DNA from: a virus
Taxonomy: Duplodnaviria; Heunggongvirae; Uroviricota; Caudoviricetes
DNA length: 51,200 bases
Virus record (IMG/VR): IMGVR_UViG_3300042363_000209
Reading direction: 5' to 3' (one strand)
The notes beneath the pieces are model-generated. The model did no database searches, was not told the DNA's origin, and worked only from the letters and a program-made list of their open reading frames with translations. Shown here one piece after another: positions 1 through 8,705 of this stretch. Every line of letters starts with the position of its first letter. The stretch's first letter is position 1. The position numbers were made by a program, and so were the translations under genes.

Positions 1-782
1 TTAAGTGGGAACCATTTATTGAGTTCTGGATGCGTAAGTCTATGTTAGAATTAAAAGTTAAGCGTATGATCTGGGCTAAGCCTGGTACCGTGAAGACTAA
101 TGGTTCTAAGCAAGAATTAAAGCGTACATCTGCTGGTGTTTACCACAGAATGCGTAATAACGGTAACTTAGTACAATACAACCGTGGTGAGTTCACTGCA
201 AACTTGATTCGTTCAGTGTTTGGTGACTTGTTCTACAGACGTGTTGATGTTAAGGATCGTAGAGTTAAAATGTACACTAACGAAGCTGGTTTTGACGTGT
301 TCCAACAAGCTTTAAAGAATGATGCATTGAATTCAGGTTTAACTTTCATGGCTGATTCTGGTAACAGATATTTACAAGGAGAAGGTCAACACATTACTTA
401 CAACTTTGCATTTGATGCAATGGTTACACGTGAGACTGGTCGTGTTGAATTGATCCACTTGAAAGAATTAGATCTTCCTCAAACAAACTTAGAATTTGGT
501 CAGAATAAGAAGTCAACTCCAGTATTTATGGTGTTTGATGTATCTCCAATGTCTGATGGTTCTATGATCAACAACATTCGTGAAGTACGTATGAAGGGTG
601 CTCCTTCTATGACTTGGGGTTATATTGATGGTACTCGTCACCACTTAGGCTTTGCTAAGTCTCAAGGTATGAGTTCTGCAAATAAATTCCCAGGATACGA
701 AATCTGGATGAAAGATCGTTGTGATGTATTCATTGAAGATTTATCTAGAACAGTATTGATTGAAGAAATTCCTCAATTCTAA
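1..782 (+). CDS. Major capsid protein, C-terminal part (5'-truncated by window edge), crAss-like HK97 fold
   Basis: Frame is open upstream of the track's ATG at 30 (codons from position 3: K-W-E-P-F-I-E-F-W-M), so the gene starts before the window. C-terminus GYEIWMKDRCDVFIEDLSRTVLIEE resembles crAss-like MCP ends; position upstream of ring/auxiliary capsid genes fits. Confidence 0.75.
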   Translation, partial: KWEPFIEFWMRKSMLELKVKRMIWAKPGTVKTNGSKQELKRTSAGVYHRMRNNGNLVQYNRGEFTANLIRSVFGDLFYRRVDVKDRRVKMYTNEAGFDVFQQALKNDALNSGLTFMADSGNRYLQGEGQHITYNFAFDAMVTRETGRVELIHLKELDLPQTNLEFGQNKKSTPVFMVFDVSPMSDGSMINNIREVRMKGAPSMTWGYIDGTRHHLGFAKSQGMSSANKFPGYEIWMKDRCDVFIEDLSRTVLIEEIPQF

Positions 783-790
783 TAAAAGAG

Positions 791-922
791 TTAAGGGTTA
801 AAATCCTTAAAACTACACAGAGAAGATGTTCCCCCCTCCCTCAACGAGGGGGAATCTTCTTACACAGATGGATGGGTTTGGGCTCCATGCCCCACCGCAT
901 TCCCTTCAATGGGAACCATCTG
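791..922 (+). other. Structured intergenic element (three stem-loop units) after the capsid gene
   Basis: TTAAGG 791-796/CCTTAA 805-810; long hairpin 821-860; closing stem CAGATGG 865-871/CCATCTG 916-922 enclosing two hairpins (GGGC-TCCAT-GCCC 880-892, TTCCC-TTCAAT-GGGAA 900-915). Clearly GC-richer than flanks. Confidence 0.55.
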
Positions 923-950
923 CAAATAAACCAATAAAAAACAACTACAT

Positions 951-1919
951 ATGGGTAAGATAGGAAAAATCTCTACGTTAAAAAAAGAGTATAACAATTC
1001 TCAGTTACAAACGATGCAGGCTGGTCTTGCACAGAAAGGCTTAACAAGAATTCCTGGTACAGGTGTTTTCAAGTATCCTTATAAAGAACTTGATGGACAG
1101 TACAGAACAGGTCTTGATCCAAATGCTGCTTACATTAGACGCATTAGTGATAATCTTGAAAGAGAGTTAGAAGTTGAAAGAGTTACAGCATTGAAAGCTA
1201 AACTTGAAGCTGCTATGGGTGATATTGACTTAGGTCCTCGTTCTAAATTTTGGAACTATGGATTGTCTACATCTACAGATGATGTACTACATGTACAAGC
1301 TGTTAAGTTAATGGATGGTGATAACTTCTTTGATTTTAGTAATCCATCTCAAGAGTTAGCTTTTGCATGGTTAAGAGTTCATCCAACAATTGCTTCTAGC
1401 TATCAAGCATGGGAGCGTGGTGAATATTCAGCAGATATACAATTTTATGTTGCTGATGATGAGATTGAAAACCAAGTGATTTTCAAGAAGAAACAATTGA
1501 TCAACAAGGCTATTGTTAAGTTTGATGCAATGACTCCTGAAAAGAAACGTAAGGTAGCAAGATTATTAGGTTTACCAGTTAGTGAAGATTCTAAAGAAGA
1601 GTCTGTATATAACCAAGTAGACAACCTATTAAAACAAACTGAATTCAAAAATGGTAAACACGCTGGTTTAAATCCTGTAGAAGTGTTTAACAGATTTGCA
1701 GACATGAGTGAAAACTTACTCCATATTAAAGATTTAGTAAAACAAGCAGTTGCACATTCTATTTATAGAATAAAAGCAAATGACAAAGTATATGAAGGTG
1801 AACATGCTATTGCAAAAGATGAAGATGATTTAATCAGATTCTTAGCAGATGAAGATAATCAAGATGCATTGATCACTTTGGAACAAAAATTGAAACTTAA
1901 AAAACTAGCCTCTGTATGA
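951..1919 (+). CDS. Conserved crAss-like protein downstream of MCP (gene 75-like), function unknown
   Basis: 322-aa ORF with A-rich start context; synteny directly after MCP; overlaps next gene (ATGA). Confidence 0.6.
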   Translation: MGKIGKISTLKKEYNNSQLQTMQAGLAQKGLTRIPGTGVFKYPYKELDGQYRTGLDPNAAYIRRISDNLERELEVERVTALKAKLEAAMGDIDLGPRSKFWNYGLSTSTDDVLHVQAVKLMDGDNFFDFSNPSQELAFAWLRVHPTIASSYQAWERGEYSADIQFYVADDEIENQVIFKKKQLINKAIVKFDAMTPEKKRKVARLLGLPVSEDSKEESVYNQVDNLLKQTEFKNGKHAGLNPVEVFNRFADMSENLLHIKDLVKQAVAHSIYRIKANDKVYEGEHAIAKDEDDLIRFLADEDNQDALITLEQKLKLKKLASV

Positions 1920-2647
1920 TCCCTGTAGATAGTTTATTATATAAGATAGACCAGAAACTAAATAAACTATCAACTAACGAGCATCAACAAATTAACCTAG
2001 AAGACAAAATTTTAGCTTTAAATGAAGCTCAGATAAAGCTTATAAAGCAAAAGGTTGATGGGTTTAGTACAGTTTCAGGTATGGGCTTTGACTCTTTTAA
2101 AAAGCGTTACGAAGACCTACAAAGATTGGTAGTGAACTATATTGATGGTGAACTATCTCTAACTTTAAAAAACACAGAGTTAAATCAATGGTCTGCTGAT
2201 TTAGATTTATTAGTTCCTAAATATATGTTCTATGTAGACTCATATGTTTTGGCTAATAAAGGAAGATGTACTGATAGAAAGATATGGATTAATAAGGATT
2301 TGGCAAAGCATGGTGATTTATCTGTGCTTTTAAACAATACTCATTATAGACCTTCTTTTGAATATCAAGAGACATTCAACTTTATATCTTCTGATGAGAT
2401 AAGTATATTTACAGATGGTACATTTACACCAAGTAAGATGTACATATCTTATATGAGATACCCAGTGTATATTGATTCAGTAGGGTATACTGACTTTGAT
2501 GGACAACCATCAATTAACCAAAATTGCGAACTTGAATTATACTTAGAAGATGAATTAGTAGATTTAACAGTTCAAAATTTAGCAATGTACACAGAAAACA
2601 TGTCTGCAGTTCAATCAGCTCAGATGAGGATTCAAACAAACGAGTAA
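1916..2647 (+). CDS. Head-tail ring/connector protein (crAss gene 74-like)
   Basis: 243-aa ORF; N-terminal helical region with LNEAQ and FDSFKKRYEDLQRLV resembles crAss-like ring proteins; synteny. Confidence 0.55.
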   Translation: MIPVDSLLYKIDQKLNKLSTNEHQQINLEDKILALNEAQIKLIKQKVDGFSTVSGMGFDSFKKRYEDLQRLVVNYIDGELSLTLKNTELNQWSADLDLLVPKYMFYVDSYVLANKGRCTDRKIWINKDLAKHGDLSVLLNNTHYRPSFEYQETFNFISSDEISIFTDGTFTPSKMYISYMRYPVYIDSVGYTDFDGQPSINQNCELELYLEDELVDLTVQNLAMYTENMSAVQSAQMRIQTNE

Positions 2648-2673
2648 TTTTTCATAATTTAAAATAAAACAAA

Positions 2674-3813
2674 ATGGCGGATTTTTCATTAACCACCCTC
2701 TTTGTTGTACCAGTAGGAAATTCATTACCTAGCTCTGGATCAACACAAGACTTAACAGCTGGTCAGTTTGGTATTTATACCAATAACTATGCTGTTGCAA
2801 CTGTAGGTAACATTGCAGCTGCTCCTTATTTCTATTTAGCTCAAGGTAGAGTAAACACGTATTTACAAGGTTCTAAGCGTTCTGACAAGATTTCTGCAGA
2901 CAATGTATCTGAATGGTACAAAGTTACAGGTAATCCAGTTGCTGCTAACCAAGTAACAGAAGTTGGTGATTTCACTGTAAAACCAGGTGAAGTTGTAACT
3001 TTAACATTACGTGCTTTCTCTAGTTACATTGACACATTGTATTTCAACGGTTTCACTCGTAGTGTAACTGTAAACGCTCCATGTTTAGAATGTGGTGGTG
3101 ATCCTTGTACAGATGTTGATGTACCTGCTTTAATTGATGAATTAATCATCAAGTTACGTCAAAAAGCTCCAGGTAACAACCCTGACAACATTAGCTTTGA
3201 CACTTTCTATCAATTCCAAAGAGTTGGTAATAATGCAAGTGCTAAGTTAGTTATTAGCGGTAAGCCTTTGACTATCTATGGACAACCATGTGATGTGGCT
3301 GCATTCCCTTGGGAGTATGACCGTATGTATTTCCGTACATTCATCTTCTCTGGTCCAGCTACAACTGCTGACTTCATTGTTGATGATCCTTGTAACCAAG
3401 TAGCTCAAGCTGTAATTACTCAACGTAGTTCTTATGTTTCTGGTACTTCTGGAGAGATTCAACAATTAGAGAAAAACTTCTATAGCTACCAAGCTGGTTA
3501 TTTGAAGCATTTGTACAGAATGGTTGGTTACAACGAGAACTTTGAGTCTTGGGTAACTGATGGTACTACTTACGATACTTTGTATATCAAGTTTAATGAG
3601 TATGACAAATCTGCTTACAAGTGGGGTGATTATATCATTGAAGATTCTCAAGTAATCATTGCTGCTCCACAAGCGTTAACTCAAGACATCTTAGATGTAT
3701 TAGAGGCTGCTTTGGGTGTTGTATCTGATGAAAGTGGTGATATCACTTCTACAACTAGTACTACAACTACTATTTGGCCTAGTACTTCAACAACAACTAC
3801 TTTGATTCCTTAA
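2674..3813 (+). CDS. Auxiliary capsid/structural protein (crAss gene 73-like) with Thr-rich C-terminal tail
   Basis: 379-aa beta-rich ORF, followed by a terminator; ends TSTTSTTTTIWPSTSTTTTLIP; synteny. Confidence 0.55.
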   Translation: MADFSLTTLFVVPVGNSLPSSGSTQDLTAGQFGIYTNNYAVATVGNIAAAPYFYLAQGRVNTYLQGSKRSDKISADNVSEWYKVTGNPVAANQVTEVGDFTVKPGEVVTLTLRAFSSYIDTLYFNGFTRSVTVNAPCLECGGDPCTDVDVPALIDELIIKLRQKAPGNNPDNISFDTFYQFQRVGNNASAKLVISGKPLTIYGQPCDVAAFPWEYDRMYFRTFIFSGPATTADFIVDDPCNQVAQAVITQRSSYVSGTSGEIQQLEKNFYSYQAGYLKHLYRMVGYNENFESWVTDGTTYDTLYIKFNEYDKSAYKWGDYIIEDSQVIIAAPQALTQDILDVLEAALGVVSDESGDITSTTSTTTTIWPSTSTTTTLIP

Positions 3814-3839
3814 GAATAAAAGTAGAATCATATTAACCT

Positions 3840-3883
3840 ATGCCAGAGGGTGAGAGGATAATCTCAAGTCCTCTGGCATTTTT
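3840..3883 (+). terminator. Rho-independent terminator-like hairpin
   Basis: ATGCCAGAGGG 3840-3850 pairs with TCCTCTGGCAT 3869-3879, inner stem TGAGA/TCTCA with GGATAA loop, followed by T-run. Confidence 0.75.
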
Positions 3884-3894
3884 ATTTTAAAGAC

Positions 3895-4455
3895 ATGACT
3901 CTAGATTTTTTAGTAATAAATACTTTCAATACAAAAACACTAGGTGTTGCTGATATATCAGTTTATGATACACAGCCTCCTAATGTTGTTGCTCCAACTA
4001 TGGAGATTACTATTCCTGGATATACTGTTCCTGTGTCTATTCCTTTTATACCTCAAGATTTTAATGTTTATAATTCTATTATATTAGGACTTAATACTCT
4101 TGCAGGAGGTATGCAACCTCTTCCAGATGGTGTATACTTTATGAAATATTCTGTTGCTCCTGCATATTTAAACTTTGTAGAAAAGAACATAATGCGTACT
4201 GAAAGAATTCAAGAAAAATTTGATAATGCTTTCATGAAGCTTGATATGATGGAATGTGATAGTGCAATTAGAACACAAGCAAAAGTGAATCTAAATAGTA
4301 TATATTATATGATTCAAGGCTCTATTGCTGCTGCTAATAACTGTGCAATAGATACAGCTAACAGATTATATTTACAGGCAGATAGACAATTAGATAATTT
4401 TATTAGGAACAACTGTGGTTGTTCTGGAAACAACTATATAAATAACTTCTATTGA
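3895..4455 (+). CDS. Putative tail hub/adaptor structural protein
   Basis: 186-aa ORF; beta-rich N-half with LPDGVY motif, helical Cys-containing C-half; lies between capsid and fibre genes. Confidence 0.4.
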   Translation: MTLDFLVINTFNTKTLGVADISVYDTQPPNVVAPTMEITIPGYTVPVSIPFIPQDFNVYNSIILGLNTLAGGMQPLPDGVYFMKYSVAPAYLNFVEKNIMRTERIQEKFDNAFMKLDMMECDSAIRTQAKVNLNSIYYMIQGSIAAANNCAIDTANRLYLQADRQLDNFIRNNCGCSGNNYINNFY

Positions 4456-4456
4456 T

Positions 4457-4600
4457 ATGGCAAACTGTAGAGATTGTGGCCTTAAAGTAGGCTGCGGATG
4501 TCAATTAATTAATGGCTTGTGTTCAGCATGTAATAACAAGCTGAAACAAATTAATCAAAGAATAAGAAATGTTATCACCAAGATTAACGGACTGTATTGA
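4457..4600 (+). CDS. Small Cys-rich protein (47 aa), not in ORF track
   Basis: ATG at 4457 just after the TGA of the previous gene; MANCRDCGLKVGCGCQLINGLCSACNNKLKQINQRIRNVITKINGLY*; CxxC-x5-CxC-x6-CxxC; fills an otherwise empty 113-nt gap. Confidence 0.7.
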   Translation: MANCRDCGLKVGCGCQLINGLCSACNNKLKQINQRIRNVITKINGLY

Positions 4601-4835
4601 GTGTGCTAGCATACCTGCACTATTAACTGATATTGATCTTAGACTAACTGCGTTAGCTAATGATCAGTATAATAATATTGTATACTCCTTGAATTATTTT
4701 ATTCCAGGACAGGTAATTGGTGACTTACTACACTATAAACAAATATTAACTTACAAACTTTGTAATCCAGAATACTGTGCACCTTTTACAGTGGAGATGA
4801 TTGCAAGTAGAGTAATATTGTTAATAAATAAATAA
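4569..4835 (+). CDS. Small structural/hypothetical protein with CxxC and Cx4C
   Basis: 88-aa ORF in the structural operon, overlapping the 4457 ORF by 32 nt. Confidence 0.55.
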   Translation: MLSPRLTDCIECASIPALLTDIDLRLTALANDQYNNIVYSLNYFIPGQVIGDLLHYKQILTYKLCNPEYCAPFTVEMIASRVILLINK

Positions 4836-4843
4836 ATTATAAA

Positions 4844-5947
4844 ATGTCTTGTACAAGTTGTTTTAATGGATGTGTTGAGACTGTATCTGATCAATGTGTT
4901 AGATATACAGGTCCAACTATCCCTGCTCTAAATATTACTACAGGAGATACATTGCTTCATGTAGAAGAAATGATTACAACTAAACTTGTTCCGTTATTAA
5001 CTGGTACAGGTGATGTTATAACTATTGCTTCTGGTGATAAATGTGCTCTTATAAATGGATTCTTAATAGGAATCACTTCTCCTAATTCTACTCAATTATT
5101 CACAGCGTTAGTTAAATCTGTTTGTAGTTTACAAGCTCAGGTGACTGCAGTTGCTGCTGATATTGCTGTATTAAATGCAGATTATACAATAGATTGTCTT
5201 ACAGGTGTAACAGCCTCTTCTGACACACATGCTATCTTACAAGCTGTTATTACAAGACTTTGTGTTGTAGTGGCAGATTTAGCAGCATTAGATTTAGATG
5301 TAAGCACAAACTATGTAAAGCTGTCTGACCTAGATGCATTAATAGCTGCTTACATAGCTGGTCAATCAGGTAATGTAACTCAGAACTATTTAAAGATGGT
5401 TCCTTTTACAGTAGTTGAATACTATGGTCCTCTTACAAACTTTGATGGTACAGGTGCTGGTATAGGAACATTAGGATGGGATAAAATCTATTTATGTAAT
5501 GGTTCTAACGGCACTCCTGATAAAAGAGGTAGAGTTGGTGTAGGAGCTATTCTTAATGTTCCTGGTGGACCATTAACCGCTGCTGTAGATCCTGTTTATG
5601 CTGGTAATCCAAATTATGATCTTGAAGATATTGCTGGTGCAAACACAGTGGCTATAAATGTTAATCAACTTCCTAGTCACACACACACTGCAACAGCAAG
5701 TGCTTCATCCACTGTAACAGATCCTGGGCATAGTCATTATGTTGGTAATACACCAGAAGGTTGGGATAGTTCAGGTAGTATTGGTATTGTAAATAGAACA
5801 CCAAAGAATGTTCAAACTACAACTTCTACAACAGGTATCACTGTAGCAACAACTGTAAATGTAAGCAACACAAACACTGGTAGTAATCAAGGTCATCCAA
5901 ACATTCAACCTGTAATTGCTTCTTATTACATCATGTATATTCCTTAA
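4844..5947 (+). CDS. Short tail fibre / tail-collar domain protein
   Basis: C-terminal YLCNGSNGTPDKRGRVGVGA...QLPSHTH...DPGHSH...HPNIQPVIASYYIM is the phage tail-collar/His-rich tip pattern; Cys-rich N-terminal anchor. Confidence 0.75.
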   Translation: MSCTSCFNGCVETVSDQCVRYTGPTIPALNITTGDTLLHVEEMITTKLVPLLTGTGDVITIASGDKCALINGFLIGITSPNSTQLFTALVKSVCSLQAQVTAVAADIAVLNADYTIDCLTGVTASSDTHAILQAVITRLCVVVADLAALDLDVSTNYVKLSDLDALIAAYIAGQSGNVTQNYLKMVPFTVVEYYGPLTNFDGTGAGIGTLGWDKIYLCNGSNGTPDKRGRVGVGAILNVPGGPLTAAVDPVYAGNPNYDLEDIAGANTVAINVNQLPSHTHTATASASSTVTDPGHSHYVGNTPEGWDSSGSIGIVNRTPKNVQTTTSTTGITVATTVNVSNTNTGSNQGHPNIQPVIASYYIMYIP

Positions 5948-5966
5948 TATTCTAAATCAACTATAA

Positions 5967-7829
5967 ATGTCTTGTTTACCTGGTACACCTTGCTATAACG
6001 CTTATTATCATCCTAGTGAAAACTGTGGATGTGCTGAGTGCATTAGCAATTCAAATAATGTAATATACGTTGGTCCTAATTTACCAAACTCAGGAGTTCA
6101 AAACGGAAACTGCTTAACTCTTGCTATAGAAAAATTAGATGATGCCATTGGTACAGGTGGTGGAGGAACAGGTACTTCAGGTACGTCTGGTTCTTCTGGC
6201 ACTCGTGGTACAAGTGGAACATCAGGAACTTCTGGTATTAACGGTACACCAGGAGCTTCTGGTACATCTGGAACATCTGGTGCCAATGGTACTTCTGGTG
6301 GTAACGGTACTTCTGGTACCTCTGGTGTAAGTGGTACAAACGGTGCTTCAGGAACCAGTGGAACATCTGGTGGAAGAGGTGCTGATGGAACAAGTGGTAT
6401 TAATGGAACTAGTGGTGCAAACGGTACAAGTGGTCTTACAGGTACATCTGGTACTGCTGGAACAAGTGGTGAAGATGGAACTTCTGGTACAAGTGGTACA
6501 GATGGTACTCATGGAACAACTGGTACGTCTGGAACTTCAGGAACAACAGGTACTAGTGGTACAACTGGAACTTCTGGAACTACTGGCACAAGTGGAACAA
6601 CTGGTACTTCTGGTACCACTGGTACTTCAGGAACAACTGGAACCAGTGGAACAACTGGCACATCTGGTACATCAGGCTTTGAAGGAGGTCTTGCACAATG
6701 GAGATTTAATCCTAGTACAAACACAGACATTAATCCTGGTGCTACATATTTCACTTTAAATGATGCAAGTTGGTTAGCCTCTGCTTCTCAAATTGCTATC
6801 AGTGATTTATCATATAATCCTAGTGCTGACTTCTCAGCATATCTAGATGCACTGAACCCTTTCTCAGCACTTAAGCTAGTTAGTACGGTTGATTCTTCTA
6901 GATTTAAAATATTAGAAATTGTATCCACTTCTCCTTTTGAAGTGGGTTTTGAACGATTTATAGTTACTCAAACTGCAGCTCAGGGTACAAATCCTGCTAG
7001 TGGTGAAGTATTTATGTTAGTTCCTGTAGGTGCTGCTGGTAGTTCAGGAACATCTGGAACAGCTGGTTCTAGCGGTACCACTGGCACATCAGGCACATCT
7101 GGAACCACTGGTACATCTGGTACGAGTGGAACGTCAGGGACTTCTGGTACGTCTGGAACTTCAGGTACAAGCGGTACAAGTGGAACTACTGGCACAAGTG
7201 GAACAACTGGCACAAGTGGAACAACAGGTACTTCTGGTACAACTGGAACCAGTGGATCTTCAGGTCAAAGTACAGGTGGTACATCTGGTACCTCAGGGTC
7301 TTCAGGTCAAAGTACTGGAGGAACTTCAGGTACATCTGGAGCTAGCACTGGGGGTACTTCTGGTACTTCTGGTTCTTCAGGAGCTAGTACAGGAGGTACA
7401 TCTGGAACTTCTGGAACTAGTGGAGCTAATGGAGCAGGATTTAATTCCATTTCTCCTACAACATCAGGAGCTGTTCTTACAGCAAATGGTACATCAAACA
7501 GTGCAACAGCAAATACAGGAGTTACAATTAGTGGTTCTCAATTAAATGCTGGTTCATTCTATGAAACATCAGATATCAGATTTAAAAATGTATTAGAAAC
7601 AAATCCTAATATTGATGTATTAGGAATACAAGTGATTAAATTTACTCGTACAGATGAAGAGTCTAATCAAATTAGATATGGATATTCTGCACAACAGGTA
7701 CAAGCAATTTTACCAGATGTTGTATCAGGAGAAGATAAACTAGTAGTTAACTATTCAGATGTACATACATTAAAAATAGCACAATTAGAAAAACGCATAG
7801 CAGAATTAGAAGCTAAATTAAACCAATAA
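5967..7829 (+). CDS. Tail fibre with Gly-X-Y (GTS) repeats and C-terminal intramolecular chaperone (peptidase S74-like)
   Basis: Two GTS repeat tracts around a globular domain; C-terminus TSDIRFK...RYGYSAQQVQAILPDVV...VNYSD...IAQLEKRIAELE matches the S74 chaperone pattern with terminal coiled coil. Confidence 0.8.
   Translation: MSCLPGTPCYNAYYHPSENCGCAECISNSNNVIYVGPNLPNSGVQNGNCLTLAIEKLDDAIGTGGGGTGTSGTSGSSGTRGTSGTSGTSGINGTPGASGTSGTSGANGTSGGNGTSGTSGVSGTNGASGTSGTSGGRGADGTSGINGTSGANGTSGLTGTSGTAGTSGEDGTSGTSGTDGTHGTTGTSGTSGTTGTSGTTGTSGTTGTSGTTGTSGTTGTSGTTGTSGTTGTSGTSGFEGGLAQWRFNPSTNTDINPGATYFTLNDASWLASASQIAISDLSYNPSADFSAYLDALNPFSALKLVSTVDSSRFKILEIVSTSPFEVGFERFIVTQTAAQGTNPASGEVFMLVPVGAAGSSGTSGTAGSSGTTGTSGTSGTTGTSGTSGTSGTSGTSGTSGTSGTSGTTGTSGTTGTSGTTGTSGTTGTSGSSGQSTGGTSGTSGSSGQSTGGTSGTSGASTGGTSGTSGSSGASTGGTSGTSGTSGANGAGFNSISPTTSGAVLTANGTSNSATANTGVTISGSQLNAGSFYETSDIRFKNVLETNPNIDVLGIQVIKFTRTDEESNQIRYGYSAQQVQAILPDVVSGEDKLVVNYSDVHTLKIAQLEKRIAELEAKLNQ
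6157..6680 (+). repeat. Coding triplet repeat (G-T-S/T/N)n, tract 1 of 5967 fibre
   Basis: Gly every third residue; synonymous codons scrambled; boundaries approximate. Confidence 0.9.
7027..7440 (+). repeat. Coding triplet repeat (GTS)n with GQSTG/GASTG units, tract 2 of 5967 fibre
   Basis: Visible in translation and DNA (e.g. ggcacaagtggaacaact repeated near 7192-7226); boundaries approximate. Confidence 0.9.
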
Positions 7830-8692
7830 TGAAAGTTAGTAATTTTTTAGTAACAGGAGCAGATCTTGCTACAATGGGATATATACAGAAGCCTGGGACA
7901 ACTCCTCCTCTTGATGGTAGTATTATGAGCAAAGGAGAAGCTAGTACTAACTACTATATAGATGGTACAGTTAGCCCTTGGTCTACTTATCCTGATACAC
8001 GAGCTCCTAAATATCAAGACTATCCATGTCCTTGTGTATCAGGTGTTGAAGTATATAATCAAATGTCAGATGGATTTAGTCAAACTATATCATATCAAGA
8101 TTGTTCTGGAAATACATATTATTATTATCTTCCTTACGGTGGGTCTATAGGAATTATTGCATGTTCATCTGGAGGAGAAGGTGGACCTGTAACAGGTTGT
8201 GGAATTTTAAGAGGTTCAGTTGTTGGTGTTCGTTTATCTTCTGTGAATTATTCAGGATGTTGTTATGCAAACTATCCATGCACTACAACTAGTACAACTA
8301 CTATACCTCAATGTAATTACAATGGACTCACTGTAGTTTGTAACACTGCTTCAACTGCGAACTTATCTTGGACTTTTAATGAAAGTGGTTCAGGTGTTAT
8401 TGGTAATATGGATTTATATGTAAATGGTTCAGTTGTTGAAAGTAGAAGTACAAATGCAAGTGGTATATATGCTGTTTCTATGGGTGATTCAATTAATGTT
8501 GAAGTCACTACATATGGATGTACTAATCCTGACGATAAAGCAAACGCATACACATCTGGTATTATAGCAGATGCTTCATGCGGTAATGGTTCTACTACTT
8601 TATTTTCAGCAACATATATTGTTACAAGTGGAGATATTGGAAACACATTAACGTTAAACGTATTTTCAAGATGTGATGGTGGGTGTATATAA
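7829..8692 (+). CDS. Cys-rich virion decoration/fibre-associated protein
   Basis: 287 aa; TAATG-coupled to the fibre gene; contains YxDCxG module, Thr linker and a beta-sandwich-like C-terminal domain. Confidence 0.55.
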   Translation: MKVSNFLVTGADLATMGYIQKPGTTPPLDGSIMSKGEASTNYYIDGTVSPWSTYPDTRAPKYQDYPCPCVSGVEVYNQMSDGFSQTISYQDCSGNTYYYYLPYGGSIGIIACSSGGEGGPVTGCGILRGSVVGVRLSSVNYSGCCYANYPCTTTSTTTIPQCNYNGLTVVCNTASTANLSWTFNESGSGVIGNMDLYVNGSVVESRSTNASGIYAVSMGDSINVEVTTYGCTNPDDKANAYTSGIIADASCGNGSTTLFSATYIVTSGDIGNTLTLNVFSRCDGGCI

Positions 8693-8705
8693 AATAAAAT
8701 AAAAA

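Noticed and set aside
865-922. Hammerhead or HDV/theta ribozyme
   Set aside because: No CUGANGA/GAAA core, and I could not build a convincing nested double pseudoknot by eye; an Infernal search would settle it.
826-963. 45-codon + strand ORF across the structured intergenic region
   Set aside because: Start lies inside a hairpin, composition is atypical, it overlaps the 951 start out of frame; better explained by the GC-rich stems.
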